Origin: Tubiluchus corallicola
Lineage: Eukaryota > Animalia > Priapulida
NCBI GenBank assembly: GCA_030141605.1
Contig: JAQGDQ010000277.1
Location: 1-64,000, forward strand
Reading direction: 5' to 3'
DNA length: 64,000 nucleotides
Of the stretch, positions 12,310-27,593 are shown piece by piece. Below the pieces are notes generated by a model. It searched no databases and was not told where the DNA came from. It saw nothing but the letters and a program-made list of their open reading frames with translations. A program made the position numbers and the translations under genes. The stretch's first letter is position 1. Each line of letters begins with the position of its first letter.

Positions 12310-12623
12310 CTCCTTCACGACTATGATATGAAAATTTAGGAGTGAATGTTTAGGTAGTTTTGGTGTCCCCGAATAAAGCTACTCATAATGACCTTCATAA
12401 TAACCTAGTATCATTTGCCTGTGAATTTGTGAAAGAAAATTAAATTTCATATATAGATTTTCTTATTAAATGGAGTAATTAACAAGACGATTCCCAAATA
12501 TTTGCAAGAATTTCACAGAGTTTTCATTTCAAAGTCTTCTAGCTTCCAAGTGATAGGTTGTATCTAAAACTAATAAGGCATTGTTTTTACTCGTTACAGA
12601 TGACATGTAAATGTATGAAGGAG
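12310..12623. mobile_element. piggyBac-like MITE with TTAA TSD
   Basis: TTAA|CTCCTTCA ... TGAAGGAG|TTAA, with TTAA at 12306-12309 and 12624-12627. Confidence 0.65.
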
Positions 12624-13128
12624 TTAAGGAATTATTAATGCAATATTAAGGAGCTCTGCAATATTAATGATAATAATAACTGCCTAATTACAAAGCGAAT
12701 GATAATTTCACTGCACGACTCGGTGAAATTATCAACTTTTATCGGTTTCTCTAAACTTGTCGTATGAAAGTGATGATACACAATAATTATCATCGTTAAT
12801 AATTAATCTTGGCATTAAGATTATAACAATTAATTGTTGTGCGCATATTTTAATATATGCGTGATTTCAATTTTATGTTTGCATTGTATATAAGTCTAGC
12901 AATAAAGAAGAAACGATAATGAATTACCTGACGCCTGACGGTTGACGTGCCTGGCGGCTCTTTTAAGCCCAAAAACCTGCTTAAATGCAATGTTTTGGAG
13001 ATTAAGCCATACATGTGTAAAGATTTGCAATGAAGATTGACAAGCCATAATGAGTATAGTTCAAGTGTTTTTGTCCATTTACCAATTCACTTATCGGTCT
13101 TTCGTTCTTACATGCAGTTGACTATTCG

Positions 13129-13386
13129 CCATCCATCCATTCATCCATCCATCCATCCATCCATCCATCCATCCATCCATCCATCCATCCATCCATCCAT
13201 CCATCCATCCATCCATCCATCCATCCATCCATCCATCCATCCATCCATCCATCATCCATCATCCATCATCCATCATCCATCATCCATCCATCCATCCATC
13301 CATCCATCCATCCATCCATCCATCCATCCATCCATCCATCCATCCATCCATCCATCAATCCATCCATCCATCCATCCATCAATCCA
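13129..13386. repeat. (CCAT)n tetranucleotide microsatellite
   Basis: ~255 bp of CCAT; explains the spurious HPSI and DGWM ORFs. Confidence 0.97.
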
Positions 13387-14008
13387 AATTCGCTCGAAAA
13401 AGTTGAGTTTCACTTGTTCAATGTTTGATGATCGCACTGCCTTTTTCCATTTAGCATTGGAAATGACTAGATTAAGTTGCGCAATTTTATTTGTTCTACT
13501 TTTGCGATAAAATATAAATTCATAATTTATTAATAATCTGAGTTTCAATGGCAACTAACGAAAAGTCAAAAGGTGTTAGGCGCAAATTTGTATTCATATC
13601 AGTATCAGACAATTTATCGAAAATTTTCACCTAAATTTGTCCCTTGATTTTTATTAATTAGCTCATAGTTAACTTATAGATTTATTCTGATTTTTTTCTA
13701 TTGTACGTCTTTTGTTGTTTGGTTACAGGTAGTGAGATAGATCCCTGAAAAAACAGTGCAAATTCATGCATTATAGAAGCTAATTTCTAAAGTTTGCTAC
13801 TCTCATTTCAGTCGTATGTAACTTCCCGTTAGAATCACAGAGAGACTGTCTGTGTAAACACCCTGTGCACCAAGCAGCTGAAAGAACTTTTTTTGTGAAA
13901 ATTTCCAATGAAATCTATTTTTCTTTCAAATTTGTTTTCAGGCAACAGAGCTGGAACGGATCATTATGAAATTGTGGCAGATCACAATCACTCTTGTTTG
14001 ATTGTTTG

Positions 14009-14398
14009 GGTGCGCGGTAAGTTTGGTACTGGTAATTTTGGTACGAGGAAAATTTGGTGCAGAGTAAACATGGTACTAGTAAATACTGGAAAATTTGGTA
14101 CTATCATCTTAAAGTACAAGATGATACCTTATTATTTTATTTGTTACAATTATTTTATACTGAGATACAGAAATGCTTTCTTTTTCGTTTAGTACTAAAT
14201 TTTCCTGTACCAAACTTTCCTAGTACCAAATTTCCCCCGTACCATATTTTCCTGGTACCAAAAATTCCTTGTACCTTAAGATGATAGTACCAAATTTTCC
14301 AGTACCAAAATTACCGCGTACCAAAAATTCCTAGTAGAAATTTCCTCGTACTAAAATTACTTGTACCAAATTTACTTGTACCAAGCTTTCCTACATTC
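14009..14398. mobile_element. Foldback MITE related to 1373-1625 but with a TTTGGTAC repeat unit
   Basis: Starts GGTGCGCGGTAA and ends CCTACATTC like the 1373 element. Arms are tandem (AA)TTTGGTAC / GTACCAAA(TT) units. No TSD recognisable. Confidence 0.7.
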
Positions 14399-16199
14399 CT
14401 TGAGGGCATTGATAATGATTTTTAACAGTTAATAGCAGTACCACAATATGCAAGAGCCGCGATTATACAATGGCATTTGATATCGTAGCTGTGTCTGCTA
14501 TCTTAGTAAGAATCACCTGGCTGCCCATTGCCCAGCGACTCTAGTTCTATTAAATATCACTTCTCATCATTCGCCAGTGAAGTTTACATATTTGATATAG
14601 TGCTAAGTTTTCTGTTTGCAGGCCTCTGTGAAGCAGCGAGCCCCTTCAAAGTACAAAATACTGTAGCGTGTACACTAGCACGAGTGCATTGTAGTCGAGT
14701 AATTTGTCACTACATTTTAACTCATTGACTATCCTAAACATTAAAAAATTAAATAAATTTGCACTAAATAAATAAATATATAAATAACTAAACAAGCAAA
14801 ATCGCAAAAAACAAAAAATCAATTAAACAAGTAAATAAATAAATTAATTAATAAAAATAGTGTTCGTTTCTAAGTTTTTGCTGTATTGTGTCAGTCTAAT
14901 TTTATGCATTGTTATTTTTTCTTGCCTATAAATACTATAATCAGAAAAAGAAAGTCAAGTTTGGCTTATCACAGCGAAGAAATCATGTGGCCCTGGTTCT
15001 TTATTCAGCCACATGCTGTGATGCTAGTTATATTAATAGGAACACACTAAGTCCTTAACAACAAGTAAGCCATTATTTACTATCAATTACAGGGTCTAAT
15101 GAGAAAGTGAAAATTAGTTACACGTCAAGGGAGTTTTTGATTATCAATTTGCAGCATATAGCACGACATCGTGTTACACGAAATTTTTACCGTTCAGAAT
15201 TTTAAATAAAGATGTCGTGCTGTTAGTTTTTTGCTGCCTTTATGCTTGTCTTGAAGATATTGTTGTTATTGATCGACGTGCTTTACAGGTGTTAAACTTC
15301 CAGTTTAGCAGTTTAGGCTTCTTATAAACTAATACCACGCAACATGATTAGTTTTAAACTTTTAATTCATTCTGACTTTTAGTGTAGATCGTAAAAGGTT
15401 TAAAGTTTGCCCGCAGAGCCTGCAGAGAGTTAGGGAGGTCTTCTGCACTATGCAGGATTTAAAGCGCTGAAAAGTGTTATCCGAAAAGGCATTTCCACTG
15501 CCAGATTTGGCATTGAAAGCACCAACGGCCAGGAACCCACCATGGGCGCTTACAGCTCCCCCTCAGACTTTGGGCCTAGCTGAATTTTTGTAGAATCCCC
15601 CCATTTCTGACATCTGTAGCTTGAAATGTCTGGTGATGTGCATAGTCTAGTGTAATTTATGTAAATTCAGAGAGAAACGTTCTGATACAGTAGCATCTTG
15701 TTTATATTTTGACGCGTACATTGTTGAATGCGCTAGTGATACTTACGAAAGCATATTAAGGCCATTACATCCAATTATAAAGAAAATATGTTATAGCGGT
15801 TTTAATCTGGTCCTAATAGCTTTCGTAGACACTAGTGACATCACGCTAAAAGTAATACAGCTAATTATTGCTTGTATACAGAATCATATTTTACCTTCAG
15901 CACTGTTTTAACCTGCGCATAATTATATCGTCCCTGTGCAAAGATGCCAACTGTCGAAGATTATTTTGCTCAGTTTCACGAAATGCTACAAAAAGAAGAA
16001 TTCTACAAAAGAAGGGAACCACAAGTCAGATGAAAGAAAGAAAAGTGAAGAGAAAATAATAATAGGCAATGTAATGAGTAATGACAATAGTGTCACGTTG
16101 TTAATAGGTTAATAAAGTTCGTGTTAATAGGTGATTTTTGATGATGCTAAAGGCTACCCGATCGATCAATTCAGAGGTTGACGTTTTTGACGTACTGTG

Positions 16200-16405
16200 T
16201 GTAGTTCGACAACTCTTGCGTGAGCATAGTGGTAAATTTGAAATCTGAATTTTTATCTTAAAAATTGCCGAGTTTTAGTATATCACACTGAATCTCGTTT
16301 GCGCTTTTGCAAACACGTGCAACACGCTCATAGAGTTTGAGCTGCTGAAAATTATGTTTAGTTGTGATGTCGTTAATAGTTGGGCAATCCCGCCGTTAAT
16401 TTTAA
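16200..16405. repeat. Dispersed repeat, inverted homologue of 30010-30170
   Basis: GCAAACACGTGCAACACGCTC and AGTTGGGC...CCGTTAATTT match the reverse complement of GAGCGTGTTGCACGTGCTTGC and AAATTAACGG...GCCCAACT near 30010-30110. Confidence 0.65.
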
Positions 16406-19399
16406 TCTATAATTTAATTATCAGAAATGCTTTGCAATATTATTGTTGCTAAAACGTATACACTTCAACATGGGGTAGGATTGAAAAATCTTGTTTTCCT
16501 TTAATAGGAAACTTGTAAAATGTTCTCTTGTGCAAAAGGTGACTGCACTACAGAAAAATAACCAAAATCAGAAAACATTTTTGCCATGTACATTTTACCA
16601 GATTATTTAACTAAGTAGATTGTGAAATACCGCTGCTGCATGATATTGCGGGAGTAATAATTTTGTAAGAGCCAACTAACTTATTGACAGACCCCTTGAC
16701 ATTTACTCTGACCAGTCAAGCAAACAATTTATCGAACGAACTTTGAATGTAACGTGATAAAGTGATATAAAATTTGTCTTACGTTTAGTATGTACTTCAC
16801 TTATTGTATTGTGCCTATATATTGTATTATGTATTATGTATGTAAATGAGTGTACTGAATTGTTGCCTTTAGTTTCAGTTTTATGCACTGGAGCTTATAT
16901 TTTGCATCTAACGCATTTGCCTTTAGCAGTGTTTAATATCGAAAACATTTTTAACACCGAGGATTGTAAGTTTATTGTAATCTGTTTTATGGCAAATAAA
17001 GCGTAATATGTATATTGTTACGAAGGCAGATTATGACCAACCCCCCAATGTCAGTAATGGGTATGGTTGAGAAGCCTAGTAATGCAAATGTACCTGTATA
17101 AAACAGAATGCATGCCGTAATTTGACGATTCCAACCTGGCCTTTCTGTCTGTAAAGGTGATTGCTGTAGGTTTGCTGATTTTTATACAAAAGTCTGTTCA
17201 CATGTCGTGGAGCTACTGGTTGTGCATTAAAGTTTATTTTACATTGGTATTCTTTTTACTTTTCTCGTCTGCTGTAAAGTATTTCATAACTTGTATGCCG
17301 CTCTATACATCCTGAGACGGATCCGCACTGGAACCCGGATCCGTTACAATATTATATGTAAATAGCAGCACAAGCGAGCCATTTAAACAAAACAACCCTC
17401 CATACCCTCCATATCTCATGTCTAAAATTTTATAAAAGTTAAAATTTTAAAATTTCGAAAGTAAAACAGATTAATTTAAACTCATTTTTTTCAATGAGCG
17501 ATAAGCGTGTGAGAAAAACCTTAAATAGACAATAAAATTCAAGCCGCTATAGATTTTATGACGTTCATTCGAAACATTCTTGATAAGACGGCTTACGAGA
17601 AACGATATTCTATCTGAAACTGTATTGTATACAATAGATAACAATGTCGTTTTTGTATATTACCATGATTGTTTGTATTTTTTGTACCTTTTACAGTGAG
17701 CTGTCCAACAGTTAATGCGCCTTTTTTGTATGTTTTGCAGTCCGCTTTAGCCTTGTGGTGCCATCTGTACAAAGAGACTGAAAGCAGCGCCCTTGTGAGT
17801 ACCATGATTGAGTTATGATATGAACAGCTTCTTCGTTTAAATCGAGACCATAATAATTTACCGTTTTACGTGAATTAAGTTATTAACCATAATTACAACC
17901 TCTAGCAGTTATTTTTGGATAACTTGTGTATACCTACTCGTGGCGCAAGATATTTATTTCAGAATGAAGAGAATTTTTGACGTCAAGACAACAGCATGCT
18001 GCAAATGATAACAATATTCTCAATTCTGCAGTATGCCTATAATTTATGTTTATTGTGGCGTGTCCCAGAAAAGGGTTTTTGAGCCTTTTTCCCTTCTGTA
18101 TTATAAAATATTTACCTGATGTCACTGATGATGCGACAGTAATTTTGACGATGTAAAAACTCTATCCAAAACTTTTTGTCAACTCATTGTATAGTATACA
18201 TAATGTGATAGTTTAGTGATCAGCTTTTCGTGATAAATTGTCCAATAATTTATGGGCTTAATACAGGCAATTAGTAGTATAAAAATGCTTATCCTGTTAA
18301 TAAAATATTGCTTTTTGACTTCCAAATATTATTTTAAGGAACTAATGCTCTAATTGACTAATTGTTGTTTTGAATATTGTACTGAGGGCTTGTTGTGGCT
18401 GATGACAAAATTAAAAATAAAATTAATAAAAATAAATTTAAATTGATAAAATCTAATGCTGGCAAGGGAATACAGTTGAACTCTAAGCTATGCATGTGAA
18501 TGTACCTTTATATAGAGACGATTCAAACTCTGACTTTTTATTAGTAAAGACCACCAATAACGTGCACAACTCAGCTTATAAAAAGGGAAGGTCTACTGGA
18601 GAGTCCTCTGCAGTGTGTTTCTCTTATCCAGCTCTGTTCACACTCGCACGCTTTGCCGCAAACGGGTCAGTAGAGTCATTTCCTCTGATAGATATTTTGG
18701 TAAGCTGACTATGTAATGTGTGCTTTAGTAATAATTTATCGATAATTCAATTTTATTATTTGATTAGATAATTTTATTTTAACTAAAACGTTTGGTTAGT
18801 TTAAGCGTAAACCCCCCATTTTAGGCCGCAGTAGCAGTGCCATCCTCCCTGCCTCTGTTGTGAACGGACGACGGTCCAATATTTACTGCTACTATTGATC
18901 ATAAATTTATTTAAAAGTTTGCATGTTTGATGTAAAGCCTATTGTAAAATATAGTTCATCAGTTTAAAATCCTGTTTAATATATATAAACTTTGTTTATT
19001 TTAAGTGGATTGACGCACAGTGATATTACTGATCGGAGTTTTTCCACTGTACGGCAAATACATTTTAGCTGAAAACAAATATATACAACTGGTTATCAAG
19101 AACATAGTTACATAAATAGTTCGTTCAAAAACACAAGTAATTCATAACTAACACTTAAAATTGAAATATTTAAAGCCCCCCACAAAGTACAGAAGCGATA
19201 CCAGAAACAATTGTCAATGTACATGATCCTATTAGTTATACAAAAGTACGATTAAATGCTCAATAACTGGTGTCTAATTCAAAAGTCCAAAATTCAAAAT
19301 AATTCAGGTTCCAATTCAATATACAATTACAGGTACAATCAACTAGCAAAATGTTTAGTAGACTTTATGTAGTTCTGCAACAATTTGAAGAGAATGCCA

Positions 19400-19870
19400 C
19401 TGGATGGATGACCTGATCTGAGTTTATGAAAGATGTTGTTGTAAATAATAGCAGGTCTAGGGTTGGAGTGTAATTCTTGAGTTATATGCTGATAATAACA
19501 GAGCTGGTCCAGTAATGGTGTTTTGTGTACGCCATAGTTTGAACATTCAAAAAAATAATGGCGCGACTCTCAGTTGAATTGTTGCAGCTACATGAAGGTT
19601 CATCGATAATAATCCTTGAAAACAAATTACCTTTCAATTGTGAAAAATTGGCAATGAATCTATGTTGGCAAAATTGGCAAATCCAGTTTATTGACTGCAT
19701 TGAAAACTTAAATACATTTTGCTCTTCATGCTTTCTCAGCTATAATTCAATGCATTTGCCATGTCCTATGCGACCAGAATTACTCAAGTTATTAGAAGAA
19801 AGGCGAACCCATAAAAGTTTGGCGTTGCATCACCAAATTATCCATAGATACATAGGCTTTATGTTGGTAG
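19400..19870 (-). pseudogene. Possible decayed 3' end of a LINE ORF2
   Basis: QLKGNLFSRIIIDEPSCSCNNSTE resembles the C-terminal CxC zinc-knuckle region of non-LTR ORF2 proteins. Heavily disrupted. Confidence 0.4.
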
Positions 19871-21217
19871 ATTTTTTTTACTTTTAACCGTGACTAGTGA
19901 AAGAGCGAGGCAAAATGATTTTCTCAAATATTTTGTGCATTACAAGGTTAAAGTGACATTTTCTCAATTCGAATTGCACCAGTTTGGAACTATAAATCTT
20001 GTATATGGAGTGCGTATCTAGTATCTTGTATTGCTAGTTGCTCAGGCTACCATATAAAATGCTAGACTGCTAAAAACTAAAAAGACGCTTACACAAAGCA
20101 AATTTATATTGCTTTCGTGCACGTACAGATACATAGCTTTGTGTTTTCCCATACCGTATACTTATTTTGCCAATATGTTTCACACTGTATTGGGAGCTTA
20201 TATCTTACAATAAATTGTAAATATAAATAAATGAATGAACGAAATAAATGAGTGTATGATGTAATTTCATTCATAAGATCCAAAACGGATTATTTTTGTC
20301 AATTTGAGAAAAATGGCTGTAAATTGGAGCAGTCATGCACCATTCTGCACGTATACCCAAGTTTTTTCAGGTGTGCAATAATGCCACTGGTTTCGGTCGT
20401 CAATTCACAATTTTCAGGGTCAGGACTGCTTAGCAATGAACAATCTTTCTTACATTTGCCAATAATTATGTACAATAAAATTCAGTTTTAACAAATTTAA
20501 AAATAAAGACTAAAGAGACTGCCGCTCTATATATTGAACTTTAGTTGCTCACATTCGAATAAATGCAGTTTACTGCAAAGATAAAATTAATATTAATTCA
20601 TGATAACTCGTTGTGCGTGATGTCCGTTGGCTAAAAGCCTTGGATGTTCTTTCTTCACACGCTGCTAGTAGTTTATACACAGGAAGCTAAGCAGGCAGCC
20701 AATGAATAAATTCTATTTGTCACACAGTCGGGTACTTGAATACCCTGTCAACTCAATTGTAGGACAAATCGTTGTGGCAGAAACCAGATTTGTCATAAGT
20801 GAATCTGATTTTTCAGGTCATCACCGATAGCGTCCGGATGCACGGCAGGTATTCGATGTAGAAATGCAAGCTAGTGTTAAACCCAATAATCTTAACACTG
20901 CGTGATGCGCTAAATAATGCAAAATACGCAAGACGAGTAAACTTGATTTTTGAATACGCTATAACCTCTCATGACGTCGAGCTGGGGAGAGAGGGAGAGG
21001 GAGATTTGATTTAAACTTAAGATTCTGCTGTAGTCCAAGCTGGTGACGGGCAATTATGAGTGAAATTAACCTACAGAGTATTAGGACTATTACGTTACTG
21101 TAGATTAGATTTCCTTTCCACACCTAACAAGCCCGTTTAAGTTGTGTGCGTGAGCAAAACAGGAGATGGGAATAACATACGAGGCGAAAAAAGAGAGGAA
21201 AATAGAGAAAGAGAAAG

Positions 21218-23300
<2,083 letters not shown>

Positions 23301-24218
23301 AACAGATAGTAGGCGTTGAATCGATTTATCTTATTAGATAGAAGGCAAGCGAGGCGAGAAATGGGTAGAAAAAGGCCCCTGCATAGTCAGAATGCGTACT
23401 ATGAATTTGGTAACTTTTGTTGCTTAACTACAGCCTTAACAGAAACAAAGTAATTAAAACTTGAAAACTAAGGCGACTTCGTGAGACAAGGGAGCTAGAA
23501 TGAGACTACGTACCTGTAATGTAAGAACACTACCCGAAAACGTTTTCTAGAAAAATTATGAAACGCTAATGATTCAAATTAATGTTCTATAATAAGCATA
23601 TAGACATTAAATAATTAGACATTCATTTTATTTCATTTATTTACTACGTTAATATTAAGTACAATGTATAAGCTACCATGTACTAAATATTATGTTCTAT
23701 GAATAAACGCAATTAATTAATTATATTTTGCAATGGCGCCAACATAATGAAGACTTTTTCTTTACACATTATATTATTCCATGTACACTAAAGTTTTTGT
23801 AAATCTAACACATCGCCAAACATAATTTTTTAACCATCGATGTTGAATTGGAAAAGCTTAGGGAATAAACAATATAAAAACAAGCAATTTTTCTTCGTTA
23901 TAACGCAACTCACAGACGCACTCAACGGAAGGAAAGTCTTTCTCGGTCGCTGGATAATATTAATATAATAAAATAATGAAAATAATAAAAACATCATTTT
24001 GATCTATTAAATCAGTTACAGAGGTAATAATTAGCAGAAAGCAGAATGTCCAGTAGTAGCAAACGCAATTACTCAAAAACGTTGCTACAGACATCTTCTG
24101 CAACTGATATAGACTACAAGATAGTTTCAGCTTTAAATGTAGAAGACTGCTGTTACACCTCGTAGGCTTGGCAAAACTATAATCCGTGATCCTCATTCAT
24201 AAAAGCTTTGATTGGCTA

Positions 24219-27200
24219 CTAATCGGAAGTTGTTTTAGCAGGTTCAGCAGTCAAAACTACTCGGAACTTCTGTAAAGTGTCACTTTTTAGTGTCACATAA
24301 ATATCAGCAGTCATCGGCCTCACCTCATCGTCCTTCTTTGTCCATGTCACGGCCAGGAGAGTCTGTCCACCATATTCTACTGATGATTTTAAAGGTGTTA
24401 CTGCAAATCCGTTAGCTGACGAGTTTCCAACGTCCACAGTGAACTCTCGTGCGATCACTTTTTTCTGTACAGTCGGTTGCTTTACGCAGCATATCTGTAG
24501 TGTGGCACTTAAAGTAGATGGCGCTTCCTCGCTTTTTTGTAGTGGCAATAAAATGGCCTCTTTATTAATGCTTGTATCTTTTTCTGGACCAGGCCCTCTA
24601 AATATATTATGTCGTTCACCACCTTTGATAAATAACATTTTCTCTACAACTTTGCCCCGGAGTTGAACGGTATAAACTTCAGTGTGGTTTAGAAATCTAA
24701 TTTGCATGACGTCAGCATAATCTTCACTAGCATGATCAGGTGCAAATTTTGCTTGAACAGTTATTTTTTCGCCCATCTGTAAAGATGCGACTGAAGGAGT
24801 GCAATAAAACACTGAACAGCCATTGAAGTTGGACGGTCCAAGATCATACGTTGCTGGCTTAACGTCACGTGTTGAACTTGCCAGATCAATGTTGCAGTTA
24901 AGAGGAAAACCTGAACTATTCTTAATTTCAAACTTTACTGTGGCTGTGTCCCCAACAAGCAGGTACCCAAAATCAATCTCATTTACTGAACACGTGATAG
25001 ATGGAAGTACACCCTCCACTTTCAAAACTATTAAAATAGTGGACAATCCAGTTTTCACATGTAGAACTTCCAAGTACTTCTGAGGTGCCATGGGCTGACA
25101 TTCGATAAGCAATGTCTGTGTTTCACATGGAGCGAATGTGCGTAAAGCATTTAATAAGCAAAATGGTCCACATGGATTAAGGAGAGGAGCACTCAATGTG
25201 ATTATTCTTTCAGCACAATTTTGAACAACAATCTTGTGCACAACTCGTTGACTGGTCATCAGAGTACCGAAATTCACCTCGGTTGAGCCCTTGTCAGAAA
25301 CAACGAAAATTTCTGGAGGTACCGATGGACATTCAATTTCTAAATACAAAGTTTGGTTTTTATCACATTGAAGTGCTTTAGAGCTGTTAGCAGTAGCACA
25401 AGGCGCCAAAATACAAGGAATGTTATATATTGCAGTCGATGGTTCAAAATTCTTCATCAAAAAAGTTTTCGAACTGCTGAATTCAACAGAATCACTGCTG
25501 ATGCTGCTAGGTGATATAGAAGCTAACTTTGCAACTTGACCCATTTGACGCCATTTTGGAACGAGTTTCTTTTTACCTTCTGTAGTCTTCTTGGCTAGGT
25601 CCACTGCAGTTAATAACTGTATGCGTGAGCGCTCCTTTTTCTGCACCTCTGTAGCAGCCCGAGATTTGATGTCATGTTCATTCAAAGAAGGAGAAAAGGT
25701 AATGGTAATAACAGATCTGGCTCCTCTATACAAAATTCCTGTAACAGGTTGAATCGTTAGTGGGCATCCTTCGGGTAAGAGAAACTCGAATGCCACTGAT
25801 GCAGGATCCATTGTTTTTTCAACTTTTGGACATTCAATGTAAGTGTTTGAAACTCTGTGATCATACAAAGCTGTTGGTGCAAATTTTATAATTTGCTTAG
25901 TAAAGTTTAGTAGTGGAATAATTCCAGAGCCTGTACAGCGAATCTTGAACTGCTGTGAATAGGTATTTCTGCAGGTAATCTCGGTGCTATATGATTTACT
26001 AGCCTCGGGACTGAAATGGAAATCGAGTTTTTGGGTTTGATTGGGCAGCAGAATGCCAAAACCATCATTTGGCTGAACGTCAATGAATGTTGGTAGACCG
26101 ATAAAACCATACTCTTGTGGAAGCAAGCTATTGTTTTCCATTAACAAACTTTTGGTGACAGTTTCATATACTGTACAATTGCCAAAATCAATAACTGACT
26201 CACTGAATGTGATATTTGTCGTTGTCACAATAGCGTGCAGAGAATACTCAACATGTTGCTTCAACCCATGCACATTTATCTTCAGTACAGCTTGCAGAAC
26301 ACCTGTTTTTCTGTCAAAGAAATCATTTGTGTCTGATAGAATGCTGGTCTTTGGACAAAATTTGATGCACACCCAGAAAACTGAGTTTGCTTGTATGAAG
26401 ACTTTGTTTGGTATAATGCTTAGATGCACTTGTAGTTCTGGAGGCACTATAAATGTGGCAGTAGTCATCACACTATTGCGACTATGTATAGTTATTACGT
26501 CTTGATAAGTTTGATTCACAGCACAAATTTTCATATCGATCACTGGCTGTTCCACTGTAATTGGATTAATAATTGCTTTTCCAGACACTGTTATCTTAAT
26601 TTCTGTACAAAGTTGATGAGCACAAATAAAAAATGTCGTGTGGTATGTCCCAATGTCTCTTGGCTGAAAAGTTATGGGAATTCTATCAGACGAGCCAGGA
26701 GCTAATTTACCTTCCATTATGGGAAACAAAAAGTCTTCATGCAAGCAAGTATCTGACAGACAAGGATCTAGTGCAGTGATATCCTGCATGATGATTGACT
26801 CACCTTCTACAGGCACATTGATCAATATCTCAGTTTTGCTTCCTTCATTATCATTTACAGGATTCCCTGTAAGAAGATCGACTGGCTTTTCTTGTTGCAC
26901 TACATCTTTGTTATCAATCTCTTCCAAAATTGTTTCTTCTGGCAATTGTTTAATATGCGAGTTCATTTCTTTAGCAGCACTTTTATCTAAAACAGAATCT
27001 TCACTAACGATGACAGCTGGCTCTCCTTTAATTGTATTCTTGTCTTTAACAGGCTGGGTTGCAGTTACTGTGTCGGAGTCATCATGCTTTATGAAGTAAG
27101 TAGCTTCAACGGAACCTTTATTGATTACTACCAAATGTTTAGTAATAGTTTCTTTTGCTGTTACGGAACCAAAATCTATTTTGTTACTCTGAACGGAAAT

Positions 27201-27593
27201 GAGAGGTCTCTTCCCTAGGCATATAACAGGTATTGAAAATTTAGTATCTGCAGTAACCATGAAAATCTCTCCTTCAAGGTCAATGTTAGTCCGAGGTAGA
27301 AATATCACTTGCATCTCAAATTTCAATCCAGGAGTCATCTGCCTTTGTGGTGTAAACTGTATCTTAATACACTCTCTTATTACTTCACTGACAGTTTCCA
27401 CTCTACAATAATTGCAAGAAATGCCAGTATTTTGCAGTTTCACCATCTTCTTATATGTCTTTCCTACATCGTAGTCCTCAAACACAATTTTATCAGGACA
27501 CCATGTAAATGGAAGATTTCTACTCACGTTCGCCGAGTGTTTTCCTGTACGCGTAAGTGCAACCGCCATTTTTATTGTTGTCTTTGTTGACAT
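24219..27593 (-). CDS. CFAP74: Cilia- and flagella-associated protein 74-like, single coding exon, ~1124 aa, lacking the N-terminal coiled-coil region
   Basis: Tandem ASH/PapD-like domains. IVFEDYDVGKTYKKMVKLQN...NYC...DLEGEI, IDFGNCTVYETV and NNSLLPQEYGFIGLPTFIDVQPNDGFGILLP match CFAP74 as I recall it. First in-frame ATG is at 27593, with an in-frame TGA at 27635-27633. Candidate 5'UTR acceptor TTTTGTTTTACAG at 27751-27749. Confidence 0.88.
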   Translation of the reverse strand: MSTKTTIKMAVALTRTGKHSANVSRNLPFTWCPDKIVFEDYDVGKTYKKMVKLQNTGISCNYCRVETVSEVIRECIKIQFTPQRQMTPGLKFEMQVIFLPRTNIDLEGEIFMVTADTKFSIPVICLGKRPLISVQSNKIDFGSVTAKETITKHLVVINKGSVEATYFIKHDDSDTVTATQPVKDKNTIKGEPAVIVSEDSVLDKSAAKEMNSHIKQLPEETILEEIDNKDVVQQEKPVDLLTGNPVNDNEGSKTEILINVPVEGESIIMQDITALDPCLSDTCLHEDFLFPIMEGKLAPGSSDRIPITFQPRDIGTYHTTFFICAHQLCTEIKITVSGKAIINPITVEQPVIDMKICAVNQTYQDVITIHSRNSVMTTATFIVPPELQVHLSIIPNKVFIQANSVFWVCIKFCPKTSILSDTNDFFDRKTGVLQAVLKINVHGLKQHVEYSLHAIVTTTNITFSESVIDFGNCTVYETVTKSLLMENNSLLPQEYGFIGLPTFIDVQPNDGFGILLPNQTQKLDFHFSPEASKSYSTEITCRNTYSQQFKIRCTGSGIIPLLNFTKQIIKFAPTALYDHRVSNTYIECPKVEKTMDPASVAFEFLLPEGCPLTIQPVTGILYRGARSVITITFSPSLNEHDIKSRAATEVQKKERSRIQLLTAVDLAKKTTEGKKKLVPKWRQMGQVAKLASISPSSISSDSVEFSSSKTFLMKNFEPSTAIYNIPCILAPCATANSSKALQCDKNQTLYLEIECPSVPPEIFVVSDKGSTEVNFGTLMTSQRVVHKIVVQNCAERIITLSAPLLNPCGPFCLLNALRTFAPCETQTLLIECQPMAPQKYLEVLHVKTGLSTILIVLKVEGVLPSITCSVNEIDFGYLLVGDTATVKFEIKNSSGFPLNCNIDLASSTRDVKPATYDLGPSNFNGCSVFYCTPSVASLQMGEKITVQAKFAPDHASEDYADVMQIRFLNHTEVYTVQLRGKVVEKMLFIKGGERHNIFRGPGPEKDTSINKEAILLPLQKSEEAPSTLSATLQICCVKQPTVQKKVIAREFTVDVGNSSANGFAVTPLKSSVEYGGQTLLAVTWTKKDDEVRPMTADIYVTLKSDTLQKFRVVLTAEPAKTTSD

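Noticed and set aside
13037-13554. HPSI and DGWM repeat ORFs
   Set aside because: Translations of the (CCAT)n microsatellite.
17593-17805. 70-aa minus-strand ORF with nearby splice-like signals
   Set aside because: No homology cue and no consistent exon chain could be built.
24439-27590. Plus-strand ORFs inside CFAP74 (also 34536-35483 inside the GPCR)
   Set aside because: Antisense shadows of real coding sequence with no recognisable motifs.
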